Shown: piece after piece, positions 15,016 to 25,115 of the stretch
Layout of the letters: each line of letters opens with the position of its first letter
Numbering within the stretch: the first letter of the stretch is position 1
The notes under the pieces: model-generated
Database searches by the model: none
Told to the model about the DNA's origin: nothing
What the model saw: only the letters and a program-made list of their open reading frames with translations
DNA from: an uncultured Candidatus Saccharibacteria bacterium
GTDB lineage: Bacteria > Patescibacteriota > Minisyncoccia > Phycocordibacterales > UBA9973
Assembly: GCA_964637995.1 (NCBI GenBank)
Contig: CAZWXV010000001.1
Span: 41,186-77,788 of the forward strand
Length of the DNA stretch: 36,603 nt
Direction of reading: 5' to 3'
Position numbers and translations under genes: made by a program

Positions 15016-16251
15016 ATGGAAAAAGACGACAGTCGAGACCATAAGAGAATCGGTAAAGAGCTGGAGCTCTTTACCTTTAGCGACACTGTCGGCAAAGGTC
15101 TGCCTTTATGGCTGCCAAAAGGCGCAACGGTTCGCCGCGAGCTGGAACGTTTTATAATTGACGAAGAACTCCGCCGAGGGTACCTGCATGTGCGCACACC
15201 GGACATTGCGAAGCTGGAACTTTTCAAAAAGTCCGGACATTATCCGCACTATAAAAACTCAATGTATGCTCCGATAGCCATTGATGATGAGGAATTTATG
15301 CTCCGCCCGATGACCTGCCCGCATCATTTTGAACTTTATCTTTCAAAACCTCATAGTTATCGAGAGCTCCCGATACGCATTGCCGAACTTGCCCAATTAT
15401 ACCGATACGAACAATCGGGAGAACTTATGGGCTTGCAGAGAGTGCGAACTTTCTGCCTGGCTGATGCGCATATCATATGCGCAAACGAAGAACAGGCAAT
15501 TGAAGAAATGAGCAAGGCGCTTGACCTTATAGAATATGTTACCTCTGTTTTTAATCTCAAGCTTGATGTTGATTACCGATACCGGTTGTCGCTTGGGGAC
15601 AGGCATAATACAGAAAAATATTATAAAAATGACGAAGCCTGGGAAAAGGGTGAAGATTTAATGCACAAACTAATGCAAAAGAGAGGGTCTAAGTATGAAG
15701 AAGCAAAAGATGAGGCAGCTTTCTACGGACCAAAAATCGACATTCAAATGAAAAATGCAAATGGCAAAGAAGATACAGCTTTCACTGTACAGTATGACTT
15801 TTGTATGCCGGGAAAATTTAACCTAAATTATATTGGAGAAGACGGCAAAGACCACTTGGCTTTTGTGGTACATCGCTCATCCATCGGAGCAATAGAGCGA
15901 ATAATGGCCTTCCTTATAGAAAAATATGTGGGAGCTTTTCCTCTCTGGCTCGCGCCAGTGCAGGTAAAAGTTATCCCCGTGCGCATCAACCATAACGAAT
16001 ACGCAAAAGAAGTTGCCAATTTATTGAAAGAAAATAATATCCGAGTAGAGCTTGACGATAGTGACTCAAACCTCGGGGGCAAAGTCCGCGATGCGAAAAA
16101 CAACAAAGTTCCCTACTGGATAGTTCTTGGCGACAAGGAAATCGAGGCCAAAAAAGTGACCTTGGAATCCCGCGATGCGGGACAACTCGGCCAAATGTCC
16201 AAGGAAGAGCTTGTCCAAAAACTAACTGAGGAGATTCAAAGCAAAAAATGA
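15016..16251 (+). CDS. thrS: Threonyl-tRNA synthetase, catalytic plus anticodon-binding domains only (no TGS or editing domains)
   Basis: The 411-aa protein begins 6 residues before the RDHKRIGKELELF motif that opens the catalytic core. Motifs MLRPMTCPHH, YRYEQSGELMGLQRVRTFCLADAHI and HRSSIGAIERIMAFLIE are present. Confidence 0.93.
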   Translation: MEKDDSRDHKRIGKELELFTFSDTVGKGLPLWLPKGATVRRELERFIIDEELRRGYLHVRTPDIAKLELFKKSGHYPHYKNSMYAPIAIDDEEFMLRPMTCPHHFELYLSKPHSYRELPIRIAELAQLYRYEQSGELMGLQRVRTFCLADAHIICANEEQAIEEMSKALDLIEYVTSVFNLKLDVDYRYRLSLGDRHNTEKYYKNDEAWEKGEDLMHKLMQKRGSKYEEAKDEAAFYGPKIDIQMKNANGKEDTAFTVQYDFCMPGKFNLNYIGEDGKDHLAFVVHRSSIGAIERIMAFLIEKYVGAFPLWLAPVQVKVIPVRINHNEYAKEVANLLKENNIRVELDDSDSNLGGKVRDAKNNKVPYWIVLGDKEIEAKKVTLESRDAGQLGQMSKEELVQKLTEEIQSKK

Positions 16252-16841
16252 GACTTATAATCACCAGGCACGGCGAAACGGAAGAAAATAAGGCCGGCAT
16301 TATGCAGGGACATCTGCCCGGAAAATTATCCGCTGAAGGCATAAGGCAGGCGCAAAAAGTCGCGGAAAGGTTAAAGAGCGAGAAAATAGATTTTATCTTC
16401 TCAAGCGACCTTGCGCGCGCCGCCGACACGGCAGTAGAGATATCGCTCTATCACCCCGAAGCCAAATTGGAATTAACACAGGAACTCCGGGAGAGAAATT
16501 TGGGAGAATTTACAGGAAAAAATATAAGCGAGGCAGTCCTACATCAAAAAGGTTCGACCGCTGTTTTTGCAGAAATAAAAACTGGTGAGACAGAGCAGGA
16601 CCTGTATAAAAGAGCGACAATTTATCTGGAAAAAACATTGGAGTTACACCCTGACCATACAGTTTTGCTAGTGGGGCATAGTGGAATAAATAAAGCTCTG
16701 ATCGCAGTAATTACCCGCAGAACGCACGACTATATGAAAACCATGGAAACCCAGCATAACACCAATGTAAGTATTTTTGAGATAGACGAAAACAAAAACC
16801 ACAAAATTCACCTCTTAAACGACATTGAGCATTTGAAGTAG
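16248..16841 (+). CDS. Histidine phosphatase family protein (phosphoglycerate-mutase-like)
   Basis: The RHGETEEN motif is at the N-terminus and the second catalytic His is in LLVGHSGINKAL. The start overlaps the thrS stop (ATGA). Confidence 0.85.
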   Translation: MRLIITRHGETEENKAGIMQGHLPGKLSAEGIRQAQKVAERLKSEKIDFIFSSDLARAADTAVEISLYHPEAKLELTQELRERNLGEFTGKNISEAVLHQKGSTAVFAEIKTGETEQDLYKRATIYLEKTLELHPDHTVLLVGHSGINKALIAVITRRTHDYMKTMETQHNTNVSIFEIDENKNHKIHLLNDIEHLK

Positions 16842-18940
<2,099 letters not shown>

Positions 18941-19006
18941 GAAATACATAGGTTTTGCTAGTGATTTTTAACTAAATTCGTGTTGTAAAATCACCCTAAA
19001 ATTAGT

Positions 19007-19044
19007 ATAGGGGTTGCGGCTACGAATGTTGCAGCAACCCCTAT
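19007..19044 (-). terminator. 11-bp hairpin downstream of the small ORF (possible terminator)
   Basis: ATAGGGGTTGC (19007-17) pairs with GCAACCCCTAT (19034-44) across a 16-nt loop. On the minus strand it is followed by ACUAAUUUUAGGGUGAUUUU. Confidence 0.4.
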
Positions 19045-19073
19045 GTCCACAGATCGCGTGCGGCCGCGGCCGG

Positions 19074-19286
19074 CTAGATACCGGCGGAGATACCATCTCT
19101 TTCGAGATGGGCTTCGTGGAGAAGAAGGTCCAGTTTTGCCTGAATTCGTCGCATCTGAAAATCGCGACTGGCGCGCTTGTTGAGAGAACCATGGGGCTTC
19201 TTCACGCTTTTTTCTGCTATGCGAAGAATCTCTACGTAATACCTCTCGATCTTTTCGCTCAGCGGATCGTTAAAATAAAGTTCCAT
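19074..19286 (-). CDS. Hypothetical small helical protein (70 aa)
   Basis: The ATG at 19286 is preceded by GGGGGAG and a 7-nt spacer, the clearest Shine-Dalgarno I found in this window. The product is MELYFNDPLSEKIERYYVEILRIAEKSV...LLLHEAHLERDGISAGI. I recognised no family. Confidence 0.45.
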   Translation of the reverse strand: MELYFNDPLSEKIERYYVEILRIAEKSVKKPHGSLNKRASRDFQMRRIQAKLDLLLHEAHLERDGISAGI

Positions 19287-19373
19287 TGAACTACTCCCCC
19301 AATGCCGATTTCGCCCAGCTTTGCGGTTCTGCAAAGAACACCATAGGGTTTTAGATTGACCCAAAAACGACCA

Positions 19374-19395
19374 AGCCCTCCGTGATTGGAGGGCT
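19374..19395 (-). terminator. Terminator-like hairpin: AGCCCUCC, AAUCAC, GGAGGGCU, then UUGGUCGUUUUU
   Basis: A perfect 8-bp stem with a 6-nt loop. The U-rich tract lies only on the minus-strand side. Confidence 0.45.
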
Positions 19396-19499
19396 CGTGT
19401 GGAAACCTGTCAAATACTTTTGCAAATACGCCAGTAAAAGCTAAGCACCGAAAGGTTTCCGCATGAACCCCCCAATTTGGCGTATTTCCATTTAGTTGT

Positions 19500-19528
19500 A
19501 AAAGAACAAAAAAGCCCCCGAGAGGGCT
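19500..19528 (-). terminator. Intrinsic terminator: AGCCCU, CUCG, GGGGCU, then UUUUUUGUUCUUUU
   Basis: The stem spans 19528-19513. It has 6 bp on the minus strand (including one G-U pair) but only 5 on the plus strand. A strong U-run lies on the minus strand. Confidence 0.55.
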
Positions 19529-19643
19529 GGTGTTTGAGTTGTAAATTTTGGTTTTAGTAGTTTTTACAGCGCAAATATCAGCCCTCTAGAAGAGAGTTGA
19601 TAATGACGAGTACCAAATTTGCCTGTAAATTTTTCACATTCGT

Positions 19644-19670
19644 ATTATAGCACATATGAAAAGGATGCAA
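19644..19670 (-). promoter_or_regulatory. Orphan promoter: TTGCAT, 15 nt, TGC-TATAAT, with no ORF behind it
   Basis: A consensus copy of the window's promoter motif is at 19652-19644, just downstream of the pheT stop. The only nearby ATG is immediately followed by TGA. Confidence 0.5.
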
Positions 19671-19690
19671 GGTGGGGGCTGTGGAAAACA

Positions 19691-21478
19691 TTATCTTACT
19701 TGCCATCCCTTTTCCGTAATTTTCTCCGTTATTTTGGTCAAGAGTTCATTTACCTCTCCGTCCGTAAGAGTCCTATCGTAGGACTGGAAAACTATCCGGA
19801 ACGCGTAAGAAACTTTGCCGTCTTTTTTGAACTCATCGAAAAGTTCGGGCCCCCGGACTACCATTTCCCCCGCATTATCCTTCATGACTTTGGCGACATC
19901 TTCTGTCTTAATCCCTTCAGGCACCCATACCGCCATATCGCGCGCAATAAACGGATACAGCGGCCACATTTTAAAAACGGACACCGGGCCTTGGGTTTTG
20001 GGTTCAAGCTTAATGTCAGCGGACATGTCTTTGCAAAATTCGTCCAGTGTCATTTCTTTTACTTCCTTTTTGTCTCCGTAGGCGACACGCATCTCTTCTA
20101 CGCTCTTTTTGAAGATCGTTCCAATTTCAAAAACTTTTACCGTGTCAGTGCCCAAAAGCGGAGCATTGGCTTGGTTTAATTTAATGCTTTCCCGTAGTCC
20201 GTCCACCAAATTGGTGCGCAAGAAGTTTTTGTCCGATGCGGATGCCAAAACTGCTACATCCCCGCTATTTTTAAAACTGGAAGTCATAACTTCGGAATAT
20301 CCTTCCCCTATCAATTTATTCCTAGCCCAAACAATTTTTGCATATGTATTGTTTTGTTTTGGAAGAAATTCAATTTTGGGTATTTTCGGCTTAACTTTGT
20401 CATATCCTAAAATTCTGCCTATTTCCTCGGCGGCATCTTCTTCTATATTTAAATCCAGCCGCATGGCAGGCACGGTAATGGTAAACCCACCGTTTTCTTC
20501 TTTATGCTCCATGTTATATCTTTTCAGGATGTCTTTTATTTCAGCCGGAGAAACGGGGAGCCCTAAAATTTTAGAAATTTTTTCCGTCCGGAAAGAAAGC
20601 TTTTGTACCTCTTGTTTTTTGGGGTAGACATCCACAATATCCTCAAAAATCGCCTCGGGACACATCTCGGCTATGAGCGCGGAAAGTTCCCGCATCCCAT
20701 AAGATGCCAGCTCGGGAGACAGGTCATTTTCGAAACGCTTTTTTGCATCGGTTTGAATATTGAGGGCCTGAGCCGTTTTACGGACACTGGTCGGATCAAA
20801 ATTCGCGCATTCAAGAATAATATCTGTCGTATTGTCAGAAAGTTCAGCGTATTTCCCACCTTTTATACCGGCTATATCCAGCGCGTTTCCATAGTCATCA
20901 GCGATAATCATCATTGACTCATCCATTATTTTTTCCCCACCGCCGAGCAAGGTTATCGTCTCTCCTTTTTTCGCATCCCGAACCTGGAGTTTTAAGTCTT
21001 TCACTTTACTTAAATCAAAAACATGGGCCGGTTGCCCACAATTAAACATCGTTAGATTTGTTGCATCTACGATATTGTTTATACTTCTCTGTCCTATTGA
21101 TTCCAAATGCTTCACCACCCAATCGGGGGACGGACCGATTTTGATATTTCTCGCTACACGTCCCATATACCTGCGGCAGTTCGGAGATTCAATCGTCTTT
21201 ATTAGTTTGGTCGGTTTTGATTCCGGAATTTTATATTTGGGCGTCGGGTCGTTAAATTTTATATTTAAGAGCGACGCCAGCTCGCGGGCGAGCCCCTGAT
21301 GGCTCAAAAGGTCATGCGCACGGTTTGGTAATATTTTAATATCAAAAACCGTATCGCCATCAGGTTTACTGCTCATTTCTTCAACTTCAAAAAGGTGGCG
21401 GGTAATAGTATCCGCCAGCTTCGTCACTTCGGGGGCATCTGGGATATACCATTTAAGCCAGTTGTAAGAGTAAAGCAT
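19691..21478 (-). CDS. pheT: Phenylalanyl-tRNA synthetase beta subunit, lacking the B2 (OB-fold tRNA-binding) domain
   Basis: The 595-aa protein has the B1 segment MLYSYNWLKWYIPD...FEVEEM joined directly to ILPNRAHDLLSHQGLAREL. The B3_4 editing block is present (RRYMGRVARNIKIGPSPDWV...GQPAHVFD). Confidence 0.93.
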   Translation of the reverse strand: MLYSYNWLKWYIPDAPEVTKLADTITRHLFEVEEMSSKPDGDTVFDIKILPNRAHDLLSHQGLARELASLLNIKFNDPTPKYKIPESKPTKLIKTIESPNCRRYMGRVARNIKIGPSPDWVVKHLESIGQRSINNIVDATNLTMFNCGQPAHVFDLSKVKDLKLQVRDAKKGETITLLGGGEKIMDESMMIIADDYGNALDIAGIKGGKYAELSDNTTDIILECANFDPTSVRKTAQALNIQTDAKKRFENDLSPELASYGMRELSALIAEMCPEAIFEDIVDVYPKKQEVQKLSFRTEKISKILGLPVSPAEIKDILKRYNMEHKEENGGFTITVPAMRLDLNIEEDAAEEIGRILGYDKVKPKIPKIEFLPKQNNTYAKIVWARNKLIGEGYSEVMTSSFKNSGDVAVLASASDKNFLRTNLVDGLRESIKLNQANAPLLGTDTVKVFEIGTIFKKSVEEMRVAYGDKKEVKEMTLDEFCKDMSADIKLEPKTQGPVSVFKMWPLYPFIARDMAVWVPEGIKTEDVAKVMKDNAGEMVVRGPELFDEFKKDGKVSYAFRIVFQSYDRTLTDGEVNELLTKITEKITEKGWQVR

Positions 21479-21479
21479 A

Positions 21480-22187
21480 CTATAATTGGTTTAACCTTAA
21501 ATCCCCGCTATAAATTAAGCGTACATCCGGGATGCCCCATTTAACCATGGCGATACGGTCAAAGCCGTGTCCAAAAAGGAGGCATTGGTATTTCTTGGGG
21601 TCCAGACCGATATTTTTCAAAACATTAGGGTGTGCCATTCCCGCTCCACCCATCTCCAGCCATTTTCCTTTAAATTTCGTAAAGGTTTCTACTGAAGGTT
21701 CTGTAAAAGGAAAGAAGCTGGGGCGAAACTCTAATTCTATATCATCCCCCAGCATTTTCTTATAGAAATTAGTGAGTACCCCTTTTAGGTTAGCTAGAGA
21801 AATATTTTCTCCTATCATTCCTCCGTCTATCTGATAAAACTGCATTTCGTGAGTAGAGTCCGTAGCTTCATTGCGGAAAACCTTGCCAATGGAAATAAAT
21901 GCGGCGGGTATGCGGCCCTCTTTGCCCGCCTGCTCCAGCGCGCGTGCGATGGTCGCGGTCGTATGCGTACGGAGCACTTTTTCCTTTTCATCTTTAATCA
22001 CAAAAGTGTCCTGCATGTCCCGCGCGGGATGGTCCCGGGGCACATTTAAAACGTCAAAGTTGTACCATTCGCTTTCAAGCTCGGGGCCGGTAGCGATTTC
22101 AAAGCCCATTTCGGCGAAAACAGTATACGCCTCCGCCGCCAGGAGCGAGAGCGGGTGGATACTGCCTTTTTGACCCTTATCTTCCAT
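21480..22187 (-). CDS. pheS: Phenylalanyl-tRNA synthetase alpha subunit, catalytic core only
   Basis: The ATG at 22187 gives MEDKGQKGSIHPLS. Motifs PRDHPARDMQDTF, RTHTTA, FRPSFFPFTEPS and GAGMAHPNVL are present. The N-terminal coiled-coil is absent. Confidence 0.93.
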   Translation of the reverse strand: MEDKGQKGSIHPLSLLAAEAYTVFAEMGFEIATGPELESEWYNFDVLNVPRDHPARDMQDTFVIKDEKEKVLRTHTTATIARALEQAGKEGRIPAAFISIGKVFRNEATDSTHEMQFYQIDGGMIGENISLANLKGVLTNFYKKMLGDDIELEFRPSFFPFTEPSVETFTKFKGKWLEMGGAGMAHPNVLKNIGLDPKKYQCLLFGHGFDRIAMVKWGIPDVRLIYSGDLRLNQL

Positions 22188-22194
22188 GTTTTTT

Positions 22195-22205
22195 ATTCTA
22201 CAGCA
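22195..22205 (-). promoter_or_regulatory. pheS promoter element TGCTG-TAGAAT, 7 nt upstream of the ATG
   Basis: The minus strand reads TGCTGTAGAAT-aaaaaac-ATG(22187). Confidence 0.4.
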
Positions 22206-22241
22206 AAAAACCAAAAGGGCAACGTTCCGTCTTCGGGAACG
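22205..22241 (-). terminator. Terminator after proA
   Basis: CGTTCC (22241-36) pairs with GGAACG (22228-23) across a 7-nt loop. UUGCCCUUUUGGUUUUUU follows. The hairpin starts 4 nt after the proA stop. Confidence 0.45.
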
Positions 22242-22244
22242 GTT

Positions 22245-23501
22245 TTACTTCCGGGTGGAGTATTTGCCCCGAATTACCCATTTATACGTAGTTATTTCTT
22301 TCGGTCCCATGGGTCCCCGCGCGTGAAGCTTGGAAGTGGAAATGCCCAACTCCGACCCCAGACCGAACATGGCCCCGTCGGAGAACCGCGTGGACGCGTT
22401 TGTATACACCGCTGCCGCGTCTACGGCGCTTAAAAATTTCCGGCAATTATTTTCGTCTCCCGAGAGAATGGCTTCCGAGTGCTTGGAAGAATATTTACCT
22501 ATATGTGAGAGCGCCTCATTAATGCCAGAGACTATTTTTACCGACATTTTCTGGCTCAGGAATTCCCGGCCGAAGTCCGTTGCTTTGGCTTTCTTGAGCA
22601 GGCGGGCAGGATATATTTTTTTTAATATGCCGAAACTTTTCGGATCGGCGAAAATTTCCACATCTTTTTTGACGAGAAGCCGGGAAACCAGCGGCAGGAA
22701 TTTTGGGGCTACGTCTTTGTGGAGAAGCAAGGTGTCGAGTGAGTTACATACGCTCGGCCGCTGGGTTTTAGCATTGAAGACCACTGCCGCGGCCTTGGAG
22801 AGTTTTGCCGACTTGTCCACAAACGTGTGGCACACTCCGGCGCCGGTTTCAATGAAGGGCACCGTGGCATTTTTCCGGACATAATTTATCAGGTTCTGGC
22901 TTCCGCGGGGAATAATGACATCCACAAGGCCAGAAGCCCCGATTATGCTGGATGCAGCATTTTTTATTTTCGGGTCGATGAATTGGATTGCGTCCGAACT
23001 CGCCCCAGCAGAAAGAAGAGCTTCTTTGATTATTTTGTGGAGCACTATGTAGCTTTCGCGCGCCTCCACGCCCCCCTTGAGCGCTGCTGCGTTACCCGAT
23101 TTTATACAAATTGCCGCGACATCCGTGGTCACATTTGGCCGGGACTCATAGATAATGCCTACAACGCCCATGGGTACGCGCACCCGGCAAATTTTAAGCC
23201 CGTGCCGCTCCCGGCAGTCAAAAACTTCGCCCAGTGGGTCGGGCATTTTTACTATAGCCTCGATTTCTTGGGCCATACCCTCGATGCGCTCATTATTTAG
23301 GAGTAACCGGTCGTGCATAGGATCAGAGCCGGAAAGGTTTTGGAGGTCTTTCTGATTGGCACGGATAATATCTTTTCTGTGCCTTCGCAAGCCACTAGCC
23401 AGGTTTTTTAAAATAAGAACCCTCTTCGGATGGGGCAAAATTCCGAATTGCACGGAAGCTTTTTTGGCACTTTGCAGTTGTTTTAGTATTTTTGTGTCCA
23501 T
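22245..23501 (-). CDS. proA: Gamma-glutamyl phosphate reductase
   Basis: 418-aa ALDH-like protein with the catalytic-Cys block RPSVCNSLDTLLLH. Confidence 0.93.
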   Translation of the reverse strand: MDTKILKQLQSAKKASVQFGILPHPKRVLILKNLASGLRRHRKDIIRANQKDLQNLSGSDPMHDRLLLNNERIEGMAQEIEAIVKMPDPLGEVFDCRERHGLKICRVRVPMGVVGIIYESRPNVTTDVAAICIKSGNAAALKGGVEARESYIVLHKIIKEALLSAGASSDAIQFIDPKIKNAASSIIGASGLVDVIIPRGSQNLINYVRKNATVPFIETGAGVCHTFVDKSAKLSKAAAVVFNAKTQRPSVCNSLDTLLLHKDVAPKFLPLVSRLLVKKDVEIFADPKSFGILKKIYPARLLKKAKATDFGREFLSQKMSVKIVSGINEALSHIGKYSSKHSEAILSGDENNCRKFLSAVDAAAVYTNASTRFSDGAMFGLGSELGISTSKLHARGPMGPKEITTYKWVIRGKYSTRK

Positions 23502-23509
23502 GCCCTTAT

Positions 23510-24259
23510 TTACCTGCTTAATTGCTTGGCTCTCTGATATGCGTAACGTACCGCGCTTGAAACCATCTTTTCGAATCCTTTTTGTTTGAAGGTTCGGAGT
23601 GCCGCTTCCGTTGTACCGCCCTTGGAGGCTACCTTTTTTATGAGTTCCGAATAATTTCCGTGTTCACCCAGCGCCGCGGCAGCTTTGAACGTCTTCCCCA
23701 CCAAACGACGGCTTTCTTCGGCGCTAAAACCCAAACTCTTAGCCGCAGCTAACATGCTGTCCGCCAAAAGGAAAAAGTATGCCGGCCCGCTACCAGAGAC
23801 GGCAGTGGCGCGGTTTATGGCATCTTCATTCTTAACCTCGAAATTATCTGTTATTTTATTTATGAATTTGCCTACGCGCGCGGATTCTGCCCTGTTTAAC
23901 CCCGCACTCTTCCAGACAGCTATGCCCTCACCTACCGAAAGCCCCAAGTTCGGCATCATGCGGATTATTTTTTTATGTCCCGACATTATGGCAATTTTTT
24001 TTAGTGAAACCCCCGCCATAATAGACACCAATACTGTATTTTTGTCGAGATGATTTTTTACCCGCTCAATCGCTTCTTTCGCGCTCTGCGGTTTTACGGC
24101 AATTATGGTAAAATCTGATTTCCGTATTTCTGCCGCCGCGCGGTTTTCAGAAGTATTCCGGCCGACGGCAAAAATGCTTGCTCCGCCGCTACGCTTGAGC
24201 GCGCGGGCCATGGCCTTGCCCATTGTTCCATATCCTATTATGACAACTTTATTTTTCAT
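23510..24259 (-). CDS. proC: Pyrroline-5-carboxylate reductase
   Basis: A Rossmann N-terminus (VVIIGYGTMGKAMA) and the C-terminal block SKGGTTEAAL are present. Confidence 0.92.
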   Translation of the reverse strand: MKNKVVIIGYGTMGKAMARALKRSGGASIFAVGRNTSENRAAAEIRKSDFTIIAVKPQSAKEAIERVKNHLDKNTVLVSIMAGVSLKKIAIMSGHKKIIRMMPNLGLSVGEGIAVWKSAGLNRAESARVGKFINKITDNFEVKNEDAINRATAVSGSGPAYFFLLADSMLAAAKSLGFSAEESRRLVGKTFKAAAALGEHGNYSELIKKVASKGGTTEAALRTFKQKGFEKMVSSAVRYAYQRAKQLSR

Positions 24260-25035
24260 TTTATTTTTTTCGCTTGAGTTTTAGTTTGCGCCGCAAAACG
24301 GGTGCCGGAAAAGTCCTTCTTTAGAGCTTCCAATATTGTACCTTTTTTCTCCCCATTGCCAATAAACGTTTCCACGCCCCGCTTGGTCGCGTATTCTGCG
24401 GCATTTATCTTGGCGGCCATGCCGCCGACCCCCAGGCCCGATTTGCCTTTGGAGCAAAGGGCTTTGATTTTGGCATCAATCCGGGGAATATTCTTCAAGA
24501 GTTCCGTGTCTTCATATTTGTCCGGGTCCCTGGTGTAAAAACCGTTTTGATTGGTGAGAATCATAAGCTTGTCGGCACCGAGAGCCGCGGCTACCACCGC
24601 ACTTAACATGTCGTTGTCATTCACCCGCAGGTCTTCGCCTTTCATCACGTCGTTCTCGTTGATAATCGGCAGAATCCTATGCGAGAGCATCGCGTTGATA
24701 TTCAACACGAAATTTTTTAAGTGCCCTTTGTCGGCAAAATCATCGGCCAAAATAAGCATCTGGCCCACGGCAATATGGGACTTTTGAGCCGCCAAAATGT
24801 AATTGTGCATTAAAAGCGGCTGACCGACCGCCGCGGCAACTTTTTTCTGACGTTCAACATCCGAGAAATGCACATAGGGCAGGCCGGCGCCTATGGCTCC
24901 GGAACTCACCAGCACGACTTCATGCCCGTGTTTTATGAGCGCAGCAATCTCACTTATGATCTGGTCCAGCCGCATTCGGTTCAAGGCAAATTTGCCGTAT
25001 ATGACCTGCGTGCCCACTTTTATTACTAAACGCAT
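24256..25035 (-). CDS. proB: Glutamate 5-kinase (short form without a PUA domain)
   Basis: Motifs VIKVGTQVI, VLVSSGAIGAG and NENDVM...DNDMLSA are present. The stop overlaps the proC start (ATGA). Confidence 0.92.
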   Translation of the reverse strand: MRLVIKVGTQVIYGKFALNRMRLDQIISEIAALIKHGHEVVLVSSGAIGAGLPYVHFSDVERQKKVAAAVGQPLLMHNYILAAQKSHIAVGQMLILADDFADKGHLKNFVLNINAMLSHRILPIINENDVMKGEDLRVNDNDMLSAVVAAALGADKLMILTNQNGFYTRDPDKYEDTELLKNIPRIDAKIKALCSKGKSGLGVGGMAAKINAAEYATKRGVETFIGNGEKKGTILEALKKDFSGTRFAAQTKTQAKKIK

Positions 25036-25084
25036 ATTTATTGTTTAAAATTAATAAAGGACCTTTGAGCGGCCCCGTATTTAA

Positions 25085-25113
25085 ATTGTATGATAAATAG
25101 AGTGAAAATACAA
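25085..25113 (-). promoter_or_regulatory. proB promoter candidate: TTGTAT, 17 nt, TACAAT
   Basis: The -35 is at 25113-25108 and the -10 at 25090-25085. This leaves a leader of about 45 nt before the ATG at 25035. Confidence 0.4.
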
Positions 25114-25115
25114 AT

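Noticed and set aside
19061-19073. Perfect 10-bp palindrome GGCCGCGGCC just after the small ORF stop.
   Set aside because: It has no loop, so it is unlikely to be an RNA hairpin. It could be a restriction or protein site, but a single occurrence supports no inference.
19014-19289. The plus-strand 91-aa ORF, the minus-strand 74-aa ORF (18968..19192) and the 26-codon upstream extension of the 19074..19364 ORF.
   Set aside because: The translations are Cys/Arg/Leu-rich and overlap the better-supported SD-led frame. None has start-site signals.
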